64,000 nt of DNA from a bacterium (lineage in GTDB: Bacteria > Omnitrophota > Gorgyraeia > Zapsychrales > Zapsychraceae). A program made the translations under genes and the position numbers. The stretch spans positions 8,759 to 72,758 of the forward strand of contig JAUIER010000013.1 of NCBI GenBank assembly GCA_030429765.1, given 5' to 3'. Below the pieces are notes generated by a model. The model made no database searches. It was not told where the DNA came from and worked only from the letters and a program-made list of their open reading frames with translations. Positions 48,452 to 57,238 of this stretch are shown piece by piece. How positions within the stretch are numbered: position 1 is the first letter of the stretch; each line of letters starts with the position of its first letter.

Positions 48452-49235
48452 GATTGAGTTTACGAATCTGCAGATTTTGCGCGTGGCCATGGGCGCGTGG
48501 TTTTTCGGCTGGTTCATCCGGTTTCAGTATTTTAAGACGTATTTGTTCACTTTTATTGAACGCTATCCGATCACCTTTGATTTCTTCCCCGGTTTTTTAC
48601 AACAAGGGGAGGTGTCGATGGTCGTGTTTTTTCTGCCAATCCTGATTGTGCCCGCTCTGCAGATCCCGTCGCAACGGCGTATGATTGTGGCCAGTATGAC
48701 TTTGCTGGTTACAGCGACGATCTCCATGCTGCACCTTGATACCTATAATGATGCCACCAATGTCACCTGTTTCTGGTCCGCGATATGGCTGCTGTGGTTT
48801 TCGGTGAATTGTCATCGGACGGACGTGGCCTTTCGCACGCAGGCCCGCTTCCTGGTGCAGTTGATTGTCACGGTGATCTTTGTGGGCGGATTTGTCGGAA
48901 AGATCACGCCGGCTTATCTTAGTGGGCAGGCATGGTTTGAAATGTTTATGTCGAAGGATTCTTATTTCTTCGGATCCGTTCTGCGCGGTCTGATTGACGC
49001 GGATCCGCGGCTGCTCAGCCGATATCTGAGCTGGGGGATGATTTTTGCCGAGGGCTGTATGGGATTGATGATCCTCGTGCCGTACCGCTTGGGCGCCATC
49101 TGCGCGTCGGTGCTGATGCTGCTCATGTTATTGATGTCGAATACCGTCTTGATCCTCTCGGTGCTGGGCTGTTTGATCGGCATGATGTTATCGTTACTGA
49201 TGTGGCGGGACATTGATCTTGAGGGTGATCGATGA
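48444..49235 (+). CDS. Hypothetical polytopic membrane protein (HTTM-like?)
   Basis: Multiple TM helices. The N-terminus LRVAMGAWFFGWFIRF loosely resembles HTTM-domain proteins. It overlaps the genes on both sides. Confidence 0.4.
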   Translation: MSKIEFTNLQILRVAMGAWFFGWFIRFQYFKTYLFTFIERYPITFDFFPGFLQQGEVSMVVFFLPILIVPALQIPSQRRMIVASMTLLVTATISMLHLDTYNDATNVTCFWSAIWLLWFSVNCHRTDVAFRTQARFLVQLIVTVIFVGGFVGKITPAYLSGQAWFEMFMSKDSYFFGSVLRGLIDADPRLLSRYLSWGMIFAEGCMGLMILVPYRLGAICASVLMLLMLLMSNTVLILSVLGCLIGMMLSLLMWRDIDLEGDR

Positions 49236-50857
49236 TAGTCTCACTCATCGGCTTGGTTGTGGTTGGGCTGGGTCTGCGAATCCTTTATATCCTCGCCCTT
49301 CACGGGCATCCGTTGCTGGAATTGTCGGTGCAGTCGAACGTGTTTGACCAGGCGCGTTTTATGGAGCTGGCCCGCGTGTTTGCGTCGGGGCAATGGTTGG
49401 GGACCATCACCGAAGGACATTTTGCATCGGCTTATTCATATATCATCGCGATTTGTTTGAGTGTTTTTCAGCAGGATATGTACGGTGTTTTTTTCCTGCA
49501 GGCAATCATCGGCGGCGCGGCCATTCTGGTGATGTATCGACTGGGAGTTGAACTCTTTGACAACAAGGTCGCGGCCTTTGCCGCTGCGGCGATACTCACC
49601 TTTTATGGACCGCTGATTTTTTTTGAAGGCGCGTTGTTACGGGCGTCTCTGTTGGCCTACGTCAATCTGTTTGCCTTTTATGCCATTGTAAAGGCGATCA
49701 AAGGTGGTCGACTGCGGTTGTACTTTATCGGTGGACTTTGGCTAGCGCTCTCGCATGCCATCCGGCCTGGAGTACTCATTCCCATGGTGGGGCTCTATTT
49801 GATCATCGCTGCGTTACGATCAGCCAAGCGATGGAAGGCGGTCGCGGTATTTGCGCTGGCTGTTGTTACGGTGCTGGTGCCGATGAAGGTTCGAGATCAT
49901 CTGGCCCGGGCGGACCAAACCATTGAGTCGCAAAACATGTCGATCTTCTGGATCGGTAACACGCACGACTCGTCGGGGATTGGTTTGTGGCGTTCACCGC
50001 TGCGTATGCAATTGACGCGTGAAGCCGGAGGCTCGAAACTGGCCACCGCCGGTATACTGTGGCGGGAAATCAAGGCCCATCCCGGGGATTATGCCGCGTT
50101 GTACTATCGAAAATTTCGAATGTTTCTCAATGGCTATGAGATCCCGGGAAATATCAACTATTATCATTTTCAGGAATTATTTCCCGTCCTGAAATTAGGC
50201 TGGATAAATTTTACACCGATGTTCCCATTTTTTTGTATGGGTCTTGTGTGTGCGATTCGAAAACGCGAGCAAATCGGTCTATTGATGGTTTTTTTGCTGA
50301 CGCTTTCGTTGAGCGTGATCGTCTTTCATGTTCAGGCCCGTTATCGGATCCCAAGCATTCCGTTTTATATCCTGATCGCCGGTCGCGGTGTGAGCGGTTT
50401 GGTGGATGCGATTCGTTTGTCCCATCGAAAGGCCCTGATCGGCTATTTGGTGTTGTCCGGTCTTGCAATGATATGGGCCTTACCGGATCAGTCGATGATT
50501 CAACGCTACTTTGGTTCGATGGTCCGACCGATTGACTATGTCAATGAGGCCGTGGCCTGGCATGTTTCCTCAATACAAAATCCGTCTGATGGGAGGGTAA
50601 ATAGTCATATCATCGAGGCGTTTCAAAAGGCCTATGATAAGACGCCGGTCAAGGCCTCCGGACTCCGTACGGATTGTCTGCTGAATATCGCTGTGTTTCA
50701 AAAACAGGGCGGTCAATTTAATGAATCCAAACAAACACTTCAACAGGCGATTGATGTAAGTCATCGCCCGGCCGCGGAGCTGCGTCAAAATATCATCGAG
50801 CGCGACGTGCAGCTTCAAACCAACCCCGCCGAGTACCAGTATCTCTATTACTTTTAA
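49232..50857 (+). CDS. ArnT/PMT-like (GT39/GT83) membrane glycosyltransferase with a C-terminal soluble domain
   Basis: N-terminal polytopic region typical of dolichyl-phosphate-mannose / 4-amino-arabinose transferase-like enzymes, plus a C-terminal non-membrane extension. Confidence 0.55.
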   Translation: MIVSLIGLVVVGLGLRILYILALHGHPLLELSVQSNVFDQARFMELARVFASGQWLGTITEGHFASAYSYIIAICLSVFQQDMYGVFFLQAIIGGAAILVMYRLGVELFDNKVAAFAAAAILTFYGPLIFFEGALLRASLLAYVNLFAFYAIVKAIKGGRLRLYFIGGLWLALSHAIRPGVLIPMVGLYLIIAALRSAKRWKAVAVFALAVVTVLVPMKVRDHLARADQTIESQNMSIFWIGNTHDSSGIGLWRSPLRMQLTREAGGSKLATAGILWREIKAHPGDYAALYYRKFRMFLNGYEIPGNINYYHFQELFPVLKLGWINFTPMFPFFCMGLVCAIRKREQIGLLMVFLLTLSLSVIVFHVQARYRIPSIPFYILIAGRGVSGLVDAIRLSHRKALIGYLVLSGLAMIWALPDQSMIQRYFGSMVRPIDYVNEAVAWHVSSIQNPSDGRVNSHIIEAFQKAYDKTPVKASGLRTDCLLNIAVFQKQGGQFNESKQTLQQAIDVSHRPAAELRQNIIERDVQLQTNPAEYQYLYYF

Positions 50858-50861
50858 CAGT

Positions 50862-52778
50862 TTATTGAAGGACGAATGGTCCGACTAGATAAACGCTTGA
50901 TCCCTGATCCGCGCTTTGGACATTGAATAAAAATTCACTGGGCGTGTCGTGTGCCACGCGCGGATCGATGGCGTACATTTGATACGAGTAGCCATAGTCC
51001 TGTTTGAGTTGATAGGATTGCCCCGCGACGGTGATATCAAATTCACTGCCGCCTTTGACAAAAAACAGGATTTGCGCCTCACGGGATAATGAAGGCAGCT
51101 GCTGTTTCAGGGAGGTTTGCGATTCCTTGGAAAAAACGCGCGCGTGAAAATAATGGTCCGGATAGACGCCTTTGAGTTGAGTCAGATCATACAATTGTCC
51201 CGACGGTGTGTCATAGAAAGCTTGAGCCAGGTGTAATTCTTCCACCGCCGTCGCGTGGCGTAAATTATCATATGAGACGATGGCTTGACCGGATTCAATG
51301 GCCTTGAGGTATTTGATCGGGATGATCCGTCCATAGAACGGTGACGGGCTTGCAAAGCGATCGTACCCCAGCGTCGGTAAATGTCCGGTCGGGAAGGCCA
51401 GATAGGTCGGGGTATTATCGGAGGCAGATACAACATCGCCGATCTGTTTGATGTGACGGACTTGACGCTGAATCTCCGGACTATTCCACCCAAACATCTT
51501 GAGGGCATCGGACGGTCCGCATTTCAGATGAATCGCATGGCTGATGCTGATCAGCGAAACGGCCACGGCTAAAATAGCCGTCTGGATTGAACGGAATGAC
51601 ATGCTCGGCCACAGGCATCCCAGGATCAGTGTAACGATGACGGCCTCGGCATACGGGTAGTAATAGCTGAAAAACAGCAGACTCGGGAACACTGTCCCTT
51701 GAGGCATGATCGTGTCATGTACGCCGCTATCGTGCGGCATGACCATAGTCTTGACGACAAAGAGTCCCGCTAACAGACCGGCTATCCCGAATTGCTTGGA
51801 GCGGCAACGGATCATACACATTCCAAGTATGCCTAAAAATCCAATCGTTCCGAGCAGGCCGGCGGGCGATGCAGACCAATAGCCGAAATTACGACGCATA
51901 AAAAACAAGCCGAACGCTGATGCCATATCCGAGTAGGTGTGCGGATTGCCCCAATAAGACACGTATTTGGCCAGGATCTGCGGATGACGGAAGGACAGCG
52001 CGGCATTGGGATCGTCGGGGACCGGGCTGATCGTGTAAGCAAAGATGGCGAAGCCGACGAAAGCCGTCAGCAAGGTTGAAATGAAGAGAATCGTCCGTCG
52101 TGACCAAAGTAGTTGACGGCGTTGGGCGAATCCGATGTAAAGCCACAATCCGGGGATCAGGAAGTAGGCGGTTTCATCCGTGATCATCGCGCAAAACGCC
52201 GCGATCCATACCAGACACAGGGAACGGCCCGGGATCCGGTCAAAATGGCGTTGGGGTCGTGAAAGAATGATCCAGGCCAACAGCCAAAAGGTCACAACGA
52301 GCAGTTTGGCATTTCGAAAGGGATACATCAGTGTGGCCATTGCGATCCCGGAATTAAGGAAGGTCAGCGCGGCAAGTGTCGCAAGGGTTCGATTTTGTCG
52401 CCACTGGTGGATTAATTTACCCACGAGCAGGCTGTTGATGATGTGAATGAGGATCAGTCCCCAGTTACGTAAATAGACGGCGCCGAACAGCTGGCCAAAC
52501 TTAAATGTCAGCATTTCGATCAGGTAAGACAGATGCCGGACTCGGAAGATGCCATCGACGAAGTAGTAATCAAATATCTTCGCCCAATCGCTGAACCACA
52601 GGCCGGTGTGATAGGCCGTGTCCTGATGGGAATTCAATGACCAGAACAATCCATGGTACACGATCTCACCGTTGGTCCATGCCACTGGCTGGGCATGAAT
52701 CCAGACGAACGTCGCGATAGGCAGGAACACGCCAAGCCATGGTCCGAAGGCAATAATGACACGTAAAAATTTATTCAT
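50862..52778 (-). CDS. Large polytopic membrane protein, hypothetical (glycosyltransferase-like?)
   Basis: About 12 or more TM helices in the N-terminal two-thirds and a roughly 200-aa C-terminal soluble domain. The start is set at MNKFL. Confidence 0.45.
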   Translation of the reverse strand: MNKFLRVIIAFGPWLGVFLPIATFVWIHAQPVAWTNGEIVYHGLFWSLNSHQDTAYHTGLWFSDWAKIFDYYFVDGIFRVRHLSYLIEMLTFKFGQLFGAVYLRNWGLILIHIINSLLVGKLIHQWRQNRTLATLAALTFLNSGIAMATLMYPFRNAKLLVVTFWLLAWIILSRPQRHFDRIPGRSLCLVWIAAFCAMITDETAYFLIPGLWLYIGFAQRRQLLWSRRTILFISTLLTAFVGFAIFAYTISPVPDDPNAALSFRHPQILAKYVSYWGNPHTYSDMASAFGLFFMRRNFGYWSASPAGLLGTIGFLGILGMCMIRCRSKQFGIAGLLAGLFVVKTMVMPHDSGVHDTIMPQGTVFPSLLFFSYYYPYAEAVIVTLILGCLWPSMSFRSIQTAILAVAVSLISISHAIHLKCGPSDALKMFGWNSPEIQRQVRHIKQIGDVVSASDNTPTYLAFPTGHLPTLGYDRFASPSPFYGRIIPIKYLKAIESGQAIVSYDNLRHATAVEELHLAQAFYDTPSGQLYDLTQLKGVYPDHYFHARVFSKESQTSLKQQLPSLSREAQILFFVKGGSEFDITVAGQSYQLKQDYGYSYQMYAIDPRVAHDTPSEFLFNVQSADQGSSVYLVGPFVLQ

Positions 52779-52952
52779 AGGTCGATGATCTGAATTTATT
52801 CGGCTCGCCGTCAGTATATCACCGATAACACCGGTTGCGGAAAAAATCAAAGCTGATATAATTGAAGACTACGCCGTTCGGGCGACGTTCAAATCAACAT
52901 CAAATCCGGAATAGTCTAAATGATATCAACCCACTTTGGAAAGGAGCGAAGG

Positions 52953-53552
52953 ATGAAGCGAATTCTCCCAATCTTATTTCTGTGTCTAGGTATGGCGACG
53001 ATGTACACGGTTTCGGCCGATGCCGGCGCGTGTCATAAAGGCGGATGCAAGGGATCGTCATGCAGTCAAGGCAAGGCAAGCAAATGCAAGATCACCAAGC
53101 TTAAAAAAATGACCAAGATGCTGTACTGGCACAAAGATGCTCTGGAAATCACCGATGACCAAATGGATCAGATCAAGTCGGTTAAACATACCGCGATTAA
53201 GACTTTGATCAAACTTCGTGCTGATAAAGATATAGTTAAAGTGGATCTCAAATCGGAGATGTGGGAAGACATGATTGATGTGGATCGGGTCAATGATCTG
53301 ATCGATCAGAAGTATGCCATCAAGACGTCGGCCAGCAAGGTCTACGTCAAGGCCATCGCCGATATTCTAAAAATCCTCAACGAAGACCAGCGTAAGATGG
53401 TCAAAAAGATCGCCAAGCACAAGAAAATGGGTAAAAGCTGCGGAACGTCCAGCTGTTGCGGAAAATGCGGTTCAGGTGGGGCCGGCAAGGTTTGTCCGAT
53501 TACCGGTAAGCCGCTTGATGGCAAAGGATCGATGAAGGGATCCATGAAGTAG
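52953..53552 (+). CDS. Periplasmic CpxP/Spy/ZraP-like (LTXXQ-motif) protein with Cys-rich N- and C-terminal tails
   Basis: Signal peptide, then CHKGGCKGSSCSQGKASKC, a helical core with ITDDQ and LNEDQ motifs, and a C-terminal SCGTSSCCGKCGSGG...CPITGKP. Confidence 0.5.
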   Translation: MKRILPILFLCLGMATMYTVSADAGACHKGGCKGSSCSQGKASKCKITKLKKMTKMLYWHKDALEITDDQMDQIKSVKHTAIKTLIKLRADKDIVKVDLKSEMWEDMIDVDRVNDLIDQKYAIKTSASKVYVKAIADILKILNEDQRKMVKKIAKHKKMGKSCGTSSCCGKCGSGGAGKVCPITGKPLDGKGSMKGSMK

Positions 53553-53567
53553 TTCACACACATTATC

Positions 53568-53594
53568 TGACAGCCGTCGCCCAAGGGCGGCGGC
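53568..53594 (+). terminator. Terminator-like 12-bp hairpin with a weak U-tract
   Basis: CAGCCGTCGCCC-aag-GGCGGCGGCTG followed by GTTTAATT. Confidence 0.3.
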
Positions 53595-53614
53595 TGGTTT
53601 AATTAAGGAAAGTT

Positions 53615-54067
53615 ATGCTGAAAAAAAATGTGTACCTTGTGTTAAGTTTCGCCATGCTGTTGCTGATCGGGCCGGGGGTGGCGGAATCCTCTCTGACGCC
53701 TAATCAACTCAAACGTGTCAAGGTGGCCCGGAGTCTTTTGGGATCGGCCGAGACCAGTTCACTTCAACAATTAACGGATGATATCACGCAGTCCCCGGCG
53801 CCTGAAGGCGCGCTTCAGATCCTCGAGGCCGTCGCCAAGGTATACCGAAAGATGGCCAATGAGTATGAAATCATCAATCCAGCCGATCAACAACGTTTGC
53901 TGGGAAAGATCAGGATGAATATGGCCTACTTTCAGCTAGGCGGGCCGGATGTGGAACGTGACGGGGAGGGACTCTTGAACATTGTCATTCGGCGAGAACT
54001 CAAGGCGACCCTGTCACCCAAGGTGTTTCAAGATCGACGATTATTCTATTCGCTGACCGATCAGTAA
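53615..54067 (+). CDS. Hypothetical secreted protein
   Basis: Signal peptide (VLSFAMLLLIGPGVAES) followed by a helical roughly 125-aa domain. Confidence 0.4.
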   Translation: MLKKNVYLVLSFAMLLLIGPGVAESSLTPNQLKRVKVARSLLGSAETSSLQQLTDDITQSPAPEGALQILEAVAKVYRKMANEYEIINPADQQRLLGKIRMNMAYFQLGGPDVERDGEGLLNIVIRRELKATLSPKVFQDRRLFYSLTDQ

Positions 54068-54081
54068 CATTCAGGGGGAGT

Positions 54082-55260
54082 GTGATCGGTATGCGAAAAA
54101 TTTTGTTTCCAATCGTTTTGCTCATTCTTGTCTGGGGATCCATCGAAGTTTTAAGCTGGGCCGGCCTGGCGGCGTTCAAGCATTTCAAGTCCGTAGAGTT
54201 CGCGCCATTCTCCTCTGAATTTCTCTACGATCATCAGAAAGAAATCATCCGAAAATTATTGGCCGGGGAAAATCAATACACCGATTATCATGCGGTGTTA
54301 GGATGGACGGTCAAGCCTTCTGCTGGCTCAGAACCTTATCAGTCCAATTCACAGGGCGTTCGCTCCGTCAGAGAATACACCTCTCAACCAGCCACGGGAA
54401 AAACCCGGATCGTCGCGTATGGCGATTCTTTTACCCACGGCGATGAAATCCCCAACGATCAGACGTGGACACATTATCTGGAGCAGGGCGACACCACCAT
54501 CGATGCGTTAAACCTCGGCGTCGGCGGTTACGGACTCGATCAGGCATATTTGCGGTATCAACTGCATGAAAATCAATTTTCGGCCGATATCGTCTTGATT
54601 GGTTACATGGTCAATAATGTCGAACGGACGGTGAATACTTTTCGTCCGTTTTACACGGAGAAGTCCGGGCTGCCGCTCACCAAGCCGCGGTTTACTCTCG
54701 AGGAGGGGCGTCTCAAACTCATCCCGAATCCTATTCAGGATCTATCCGAATACCGGGCGTTGCTGAACGAAGACCCTGCCATGATCCGACGGATCAGTGA
54801 ACACGATTTTTATTACAAGAAAAAATATTTTGCCGGTCCTTTTGATACATTGCCGAGTGTACGCCTGGTCAAGGTTCTTAAGCGGGAATACCGTCAGTTG
54901 ATTAATGAGCGTGAAAAGCAATTGGCCTTTGATATCAATGAACAGATTTTTGTTGAGTTTGCGGACCTGGCCCAACGTTATGGATCACGGCCGATTGTGC
55001 TGATTTTTCCAACCAAATACGATTTTTACCGTAAACGTTTGGGACATGAGTGCCGCTATCAGAATGTGATCGATACGCTTGAGGTCAATCAATTAGAGTA
55101 TATCGATATGATTGAGGCCTTTGATCTGACGAACCCAGAGTTTCCCATTGAAGACATGTTTGCGCCGTACAAACACTATTCGGGGCAGGCGAATCAGCGC
55201 ATCGCCCGTTATATTCTGTCCTATTTAAAAACGACTGGCACGACAGTTAAACCAAATTGA
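54082..55260 (+). CDS. Membrane-anchored SGNH/GDSL-like hydrolase (DltD/AlgX-like fold)
   Basis: N-terminal TM segment, a GDSF block I (RIVAYGDSFTHGDE), a Gly-rich block II (NLGVGGYGLDQ), and GYMVNN. Confidence 0.55.
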   Translation: MIGMRKILFPIVLLILVWGSIEVLSWAGLAAFKHFKSVEFAPFSSEFLYDHQKEIIRKLLAGENQYTDYHAVLGWTVKPSAGSEPYQSNSQGVRSVREYTSQPATGKTRIVAYGDSFTHGDEIPNDQTWTHYLEQGDTTIDALNLGVGGYGLDQAYLRYQLHENQFSADIVLIGYMVNNVERTVNTFRPFYTEKSGLPLTKPRFTLEEGRLKLIPNPIQDLSEYRALLNEDPAMIRRISEHDFYYKKKYFAGPFDTLPSVRLVKVLKREYRQLINEREKQLAFDINEQIFVEFADLAQRYGSRPIVLIFPTKYDFYRKRLGHECRYQNVIDTLEVNQLEYIDMIEAFDLTNPEFPIEDMFAPYKHYSGQANQRIARYILSYLKTTGTTVKPN

Positions 55261-55297
55261 CATCGGCAGCGCCGGAAAGATTTAGTATAATACGTGT

Positions 55298-55993
55298 ATG
55301 AAAACACTAGGATTGATCGGCGGGATGAGCTGGACGTCGACCGAACATTATTACCGGGGACTAAATGAATTGGTTCAGCAGCGGCTGGGGGCCAAGCATT
55401 CCGCGCAACTCCTGCTGTACAGTGTGGATTTTGCACAGATAGCGCAGTGGCAACGCCGTCATGATTGGGCCTGTGTGGCCGAGTATCTCACAGATATTGC
55501 GCGCCGGCTTGAACTCGCGGGTTGCGATTTATTGGGATTGTGTTCCAACACCATTCATCAGGTTGCCGATGATATCGCGGCGAAAATCGATGTCCCTGTC
55601 GTACAGATCACATCAAGTGTCGCCGAAAAAATTTCAGATCTCAAGCTTAAGCGGGTCGCCGTGCTGGGCACGCGATATGTCATGGCAGAGGGATTCTATC
55701 GTCAGCGAATCGAGACATCCAGTGCCTGTGAATCCGTTGTTCCTTCCGTACCCGATCAGGAGTGGATCCATTCCACGATTTTTGACGAGTTATGTCATGG
55801 AACAGTGAATTCATCCATCCGCCGACGATTCCGACAGATGATCGGGCAGTTGTGTGACACCTCGATAGATGGAGTTTTATTGGCCTGTACGGAACTGGGA
55901 TTGGCCATTGATATCAATGCCCATGAAAAGCCCGTTCTTGACTCCACGCAAATCCACATCCAAGCCCTGGGGGAGGCGATGCTGAATGACTAA
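55298..55993 (+). CDS. Aspartate/glutamate racemase family protein
   Basis: MKTLGLIGGMSWTST N-terminus, a second conserved Cys region (LACTELG), and a length of 231 aa typical of aspartate racemase. Confidence 0.8.
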   Translation: MKTLGLIGGMSWTSTEHYYRGLNELVQQRLGAKHSAQLLLYSVDFAQIAQWQRRHDWACVAEYLTDIARRLELAGCDLLGLCSNTIHQVADDIAAKIDVPVVQITSSVAEKISDLKLKRVAVLGTRYVMAEGFYRQRIETSSACESVVPSVPDQEWIHSTIFDELCHGTVNSSIRRRFRQMIGQLCDTSIDGVLLACTELGLAIDINAHEKPVLDSTQIHIQALGEAMLND

Positions 55994-57137
55994 GCGGTCG
56001 AACCGTTCAAACAGATTATTTGTGCTCTTGACCATTCTGTTGATGCTGGGTGTGACGGCGGTCATCGGTGAAATCTATTTGCGCGTGTTTGCCGCGGACA
56101 AGGTCTGGACGCCGGAACAATTGAAGCAGGATTCCTGGCAGCTGGATCCGGCGGTGTTTGCGCAACATGTCTTTCCGCTGCGCGAACAACTATTCATCGA
56201 CAAACAGTGGGCCAAACCCGGTGAAGGTTATCTCAAGCGATATGTGAACAAACTTGGTTACCGCGGGGCGGAATTTTCACCGGTGAAACCTCAAGGGGTG
56301 ACACGGATTCTCATCTATGGCGGATCGTTTGTCTTTGATATTTATGCATCACTCAATCAGGATTGGCCCAACCAGATTCAAATGTTGCTTCATGAGCGCG
56401 GCTACACCAACGTGGAGGTGATCAATGCGGGAATCCCCGGACATCGTTCATCCGACTCGGTGGGGCGATTATTCACCGAGGGCCATCGATTTGATCCAGA
56501 CTTCGTGGTGCTATGTAATACATTTAATGATATTAAATTTTTTGATCTGAAAAAACCGTTCCTGCGGGAAGTGGTTCCGTACCAGCCGGAAAATAATCCG
56601 ATGACCAATTACCACGGGGAAATTGACCGCTTATTAAGTGAATCATCCCGACTCTACACGTTTATCCGCCAGGAGTATTATCAGCGCAAATACAAGGTCG
56701 GCCTGGAAGGTGCCCGGCGGCGGGGGCATAATCACAACTACTATGAAGCCCGGCAGATGTTTCCGGCCGCAGTCGGTCAGTTTGAGCTGAATGTCGAATT
56801 ATTTGTGGACGCCGCCAAAAATATCGGGGCCGTACCCGTCGTGATGTCTCAGCCGCGCCTGGTGACGGCTGATAATGCTGAGTTGGAGGAGCACAAATTA
56901 CGCAACTTCCGGCCGATGTTTCGACATCAGGATTATGTGGTGGATTGTTTTAAGGCGGCGGATCAAATTATTCAGCGGGTGGCCCGTGAAAAATCGGCCG
57001 TTTTTATCCATGCCGCGGCTCAATTTACCGGCGACGGGGATATGTTTGTGGACCATATTCATCTGTCTGAGTCGGGATCGCGTCGACTGGCTGCGTATGT
57101 GGCGGATCAATTAATCCCCTTATTACCCAAGCCATAA
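55986..57137 (+). CDS. Membrane-anchored SGNH-like hydrolase paralog
   Basis: N-terminal TM segment, block I ILIYGGSFVFD (Ser retained), block II NAGIPGH, block III CNTFNDI, and block V VDHIHLS (DxxH). The start overlaps the racemase stop by 8 nt. Confidence 0.55.
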   Translation: MTKRSNRSNRLFVLLTILLMLGVTAVIGEIYLRVFAADKVWTPEQLKQDSWQLDPAVFAQHVFPLREQLFIDKQWAKPGEGYLKRYVNKLGYRGAEFSPVKPQGVTRILIYGGSFVFDIYASLNQDWPNQIQMLLHERGYTNVEVINAGIPGHRSSDSVGRLFTEGHRFDPDFVVLCNTFNDIKFFDLKKPFLREVVPYQPENNPMTNYHGEIDRLLSESSRLYTFIRQEYYQRKYKVGLEGARRRGHNHNYYEARQMFPAAVGQFELNVELFVDAAKNIGAVPVVMSQPRLVTADNAELEEHKLRNFRPMFRHQDYVVDCFKAADQIIQRVAREKSAVFIHAAAQFTGDGDMFVDHIHLSESGSRRLAAYVADQLIPLLPKP

Positions 57138-57238
57138 TCCGGCGAATGGGAAGATTAATCCAAGGGAAAATTTGATTTTGATCGGCCCGATGCGTATAAT
57201 CGAACATTTAAACAAACCGATGAGGTTGATTTCAATTC

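Noticed and set aside
52779-52850. 24-codon N-terminal extension of the 662-aa membrane protein ORF
   Set aside because: MNKFL with a downstream TM helix is a more typical start, and the extension is hydrophilic with no RBS. This is a low-confidence choice.
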